From the NCBI RefSeq assembly GCF_006345805.1, contig NC_042999.1, positions 125,674,001 to 125,738,000 of the forward strand: a DNA stretch of 64,000 nt, in the 5' to 3' direction. How positions within the stretch are numbered: position 1 is the first letter of the stretch; each line of letters begins with the position of its first letter. The stretch comes from Octopus sinensis. Taxonomy: Eukaryota. A program made the position numbers and the translations under genes. Under the pieces are notes generated by a model that was given only the letters and a program-made list of their open reading frames with translations, searched no databases and was not told where the DNA came from. This document shows positions 61,901-64,000 of the stretch, piece by piece.

Positions 61901-63455
61901 ACAATATATCGATGTTCTTTCTAATTACCCTAGATTTACCCGTAATAGCATTATCACTAGTATTTCAATCAGAATTTGTCACCTATCAGCTAATGAGGAT
62001 ATCTTTAATAATTATGTCCCATACTAATTATACCAGGCTTTCAAGAATGGTGGCTTCTACAAGAGAATTTCTTACATTCCCAATACTAGGCTAAAGACAA
62101 AACTTGCACTTCTCTTTCCTAATGTGGAATCTAAGTCTGCCAAGCTTGCCACTACCCACCCACATCTAATCACCCTGCAATGGATTTTCTTGTGGTCAGC
62201 ACTTGCCCAGTATTACAGCCACCCCAGGAGTTGTAAGCTCACCATTCTCTCTCCAAGTTAAATCTTTACCTAAGCTATTTTTCCAAATCCTAAGCTCTAA
62301 TTTCCCATTACACCACAAACACTACCCCATCTCTAATAAATCTTCAATTGAAAGCTCATACTTCAAAACACCAAACTTAGGATCTATAATTTGCCTCTTC
62401 TAATGGGTGCAAATTTAGATGCCTTACTGTGGGCCCTTTAAACTATTCATTTGGACCCCACCTTAATCCACTAGATACTAATACTATGAACTTTGGGAAT
62501 CCTACCCACTTCAATGATAGTCACCCTAGTACCATCAGCCCTAGTTCTAGTAACCTTAACACATGTGACAGTGGTGACACCCTCTTCAGTTCCCATACTA
62601 CTAACGATAACACCTCTGGTCCTCTCTTGAGGGTAACTGATCATATGAATCAGCATAGAATAGAGATTAATCCTAAGTCCACTGCTAGAGGGAAAACCTG
62701 TAATTGTCAGGTCTCCTAACTATGTCTGTTAGATGGCGTTTGCTTACGTTATAATGTTATATATAAATGTCAAGTAATAACCCCATGGTCTCACCAAACT
62801 GGGGTCTATAGTTGTGGCACTGTTGATTTCACATGGCACTACTGGGCTCACCTGAATTCATTCTCAAATGGAGCCTCTAAACTCTCTACCTCCCTGGCTA
62901 CATATATACACCAGCTCAAGTCCTAGGATATTCCTCATTCTTATCTTGGTCTGTAGTTTGTGGGGCTTCACCATACAACATTAGCTACCATGTTTGTAAG
63001 TTATGTTGCATGGAATTACTTATTGTTCATCATTATAATACCTCATTACTCAATAGGTTCTCTCGTGTAATCTTGTGTAAGCACAAATTTTATTCCACAT
63101 TTGCCAATTACATAAAGTCTTTATGATTTCTCTTGATTGTGGTTAAGCTCTTTACTTATCTAACTATACTAGCAACACTTTCTCCTTTTCTTCTTATCTC
63201 AGCATACCTTCCTCCACTGCTCCTTTCCTTCATTGCTTATCTATTCATCTGTTTACCTGTCAGATATATATATAGTGTTTTTTCTTTCTGAATATATGTA
63301 GCTATATGTGTGTGTGTGTGCGCACATATATATGTATATGTATATATACAAACACATCTACATATATTCAGAAAGAAAAAATACATTATATATGTACATA
63401 ATATATATATATAACAATATAATATATACATATATATATATATATACATAAAATA

Positions 63456-63693
63456 CACCAATCTGACCGTGGCCGTTGCCAGCCCCGCCTGGCACCTGTG
63501 CAGGTGGCACGTAAAAAGCACCCACTACACTCACGGAGTGGTTGGCGTTAGGAAGGGCATCCAGCTGTAGAAGCATTGCCAGATTAGACTGGAGCCTGGT
63601 GCAGCCTTCTGGCTTCCCAGAACCCCGGTCGAACCGTCCAACCCATGCTAGCATGGAGAACGGACGTTAAACGATGATGATGATGATGATGAT
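63456..63693 (+). mobile_element. Young 5'-truncated RTE 3' end with (GAT)n tail
   Basis: One hairpin unit plus conserved tail, preceded by (TA)n. Confidence 0.9.
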
Positions 63694-64000
63694 AGATAAA
63701 TAAAGAAATGGAGTTAAATGCAGACATGTTCCCTTCATCATATATGCAGTAACCACATTCGGTTAAAATGGCTTATTGATATGTTTTGTTTCTCTTTTTT
63801 TCACTAATGAGAAGATCGCATTATTTTACATCATTTTATTCCCTCTGGAATAATACCAATGTTTTCTTCAAAACATATGTCAGAAGTATAAAGATTATAG
63901 TAACACCTGTGTTTAACTCCATTTCTTTACCTATCTATGTTATTTAAAATCATTTCACTAAACCCTGAAATTTCTACCTTTATAAGTAGGTTGTTACATC

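Overview
AT-rich, repeat-dense animal genomic DNA with one 100-N gap. The repeat families and the degenerate C2H2 zinc-finger locus look like those of octopus or another coleoid cephalopod (inference, not verified). One intact protein-coding gene can be reconstructed: an 11-exon TRIP13/Pch2 AAA+ ATPase on the minus strand. Its CDS runs from 60507 down to 35710 (1290 nt, 429 aa), and every junction is GT-AG and in frame. The rest is mostly mobile DNA: many copies of an RTE-clade LINE and its 3' end, several tRNA-derived SINE families, a TTAA-flanked piggyBac-type MITE (4 copies), a pogo/Tigger transposase relic, CR1/L2-like and Penelope-like relics, a C2H2-ZNF pseudogene, and abundant (TA)n/(CA)n satellites. 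The most unusual observations are: (i) a PHD-type C4HC3 finger inserted inside the RTE reverse transcriptase; (ii) an RTE 3'UTR built from tandem hairpin units with conserved stems and variable loops, which at 5.6-7.5 kb has amplified into a ~1.9-kb head-to-head array; (iii) three unrelated long inverted repeats inside TRIP13 introns, one with perfect 109-bp arms. No CRISPR array, rRNA gene or bona fide tRNA gene is supported, and I found no clear new multi-gene system.
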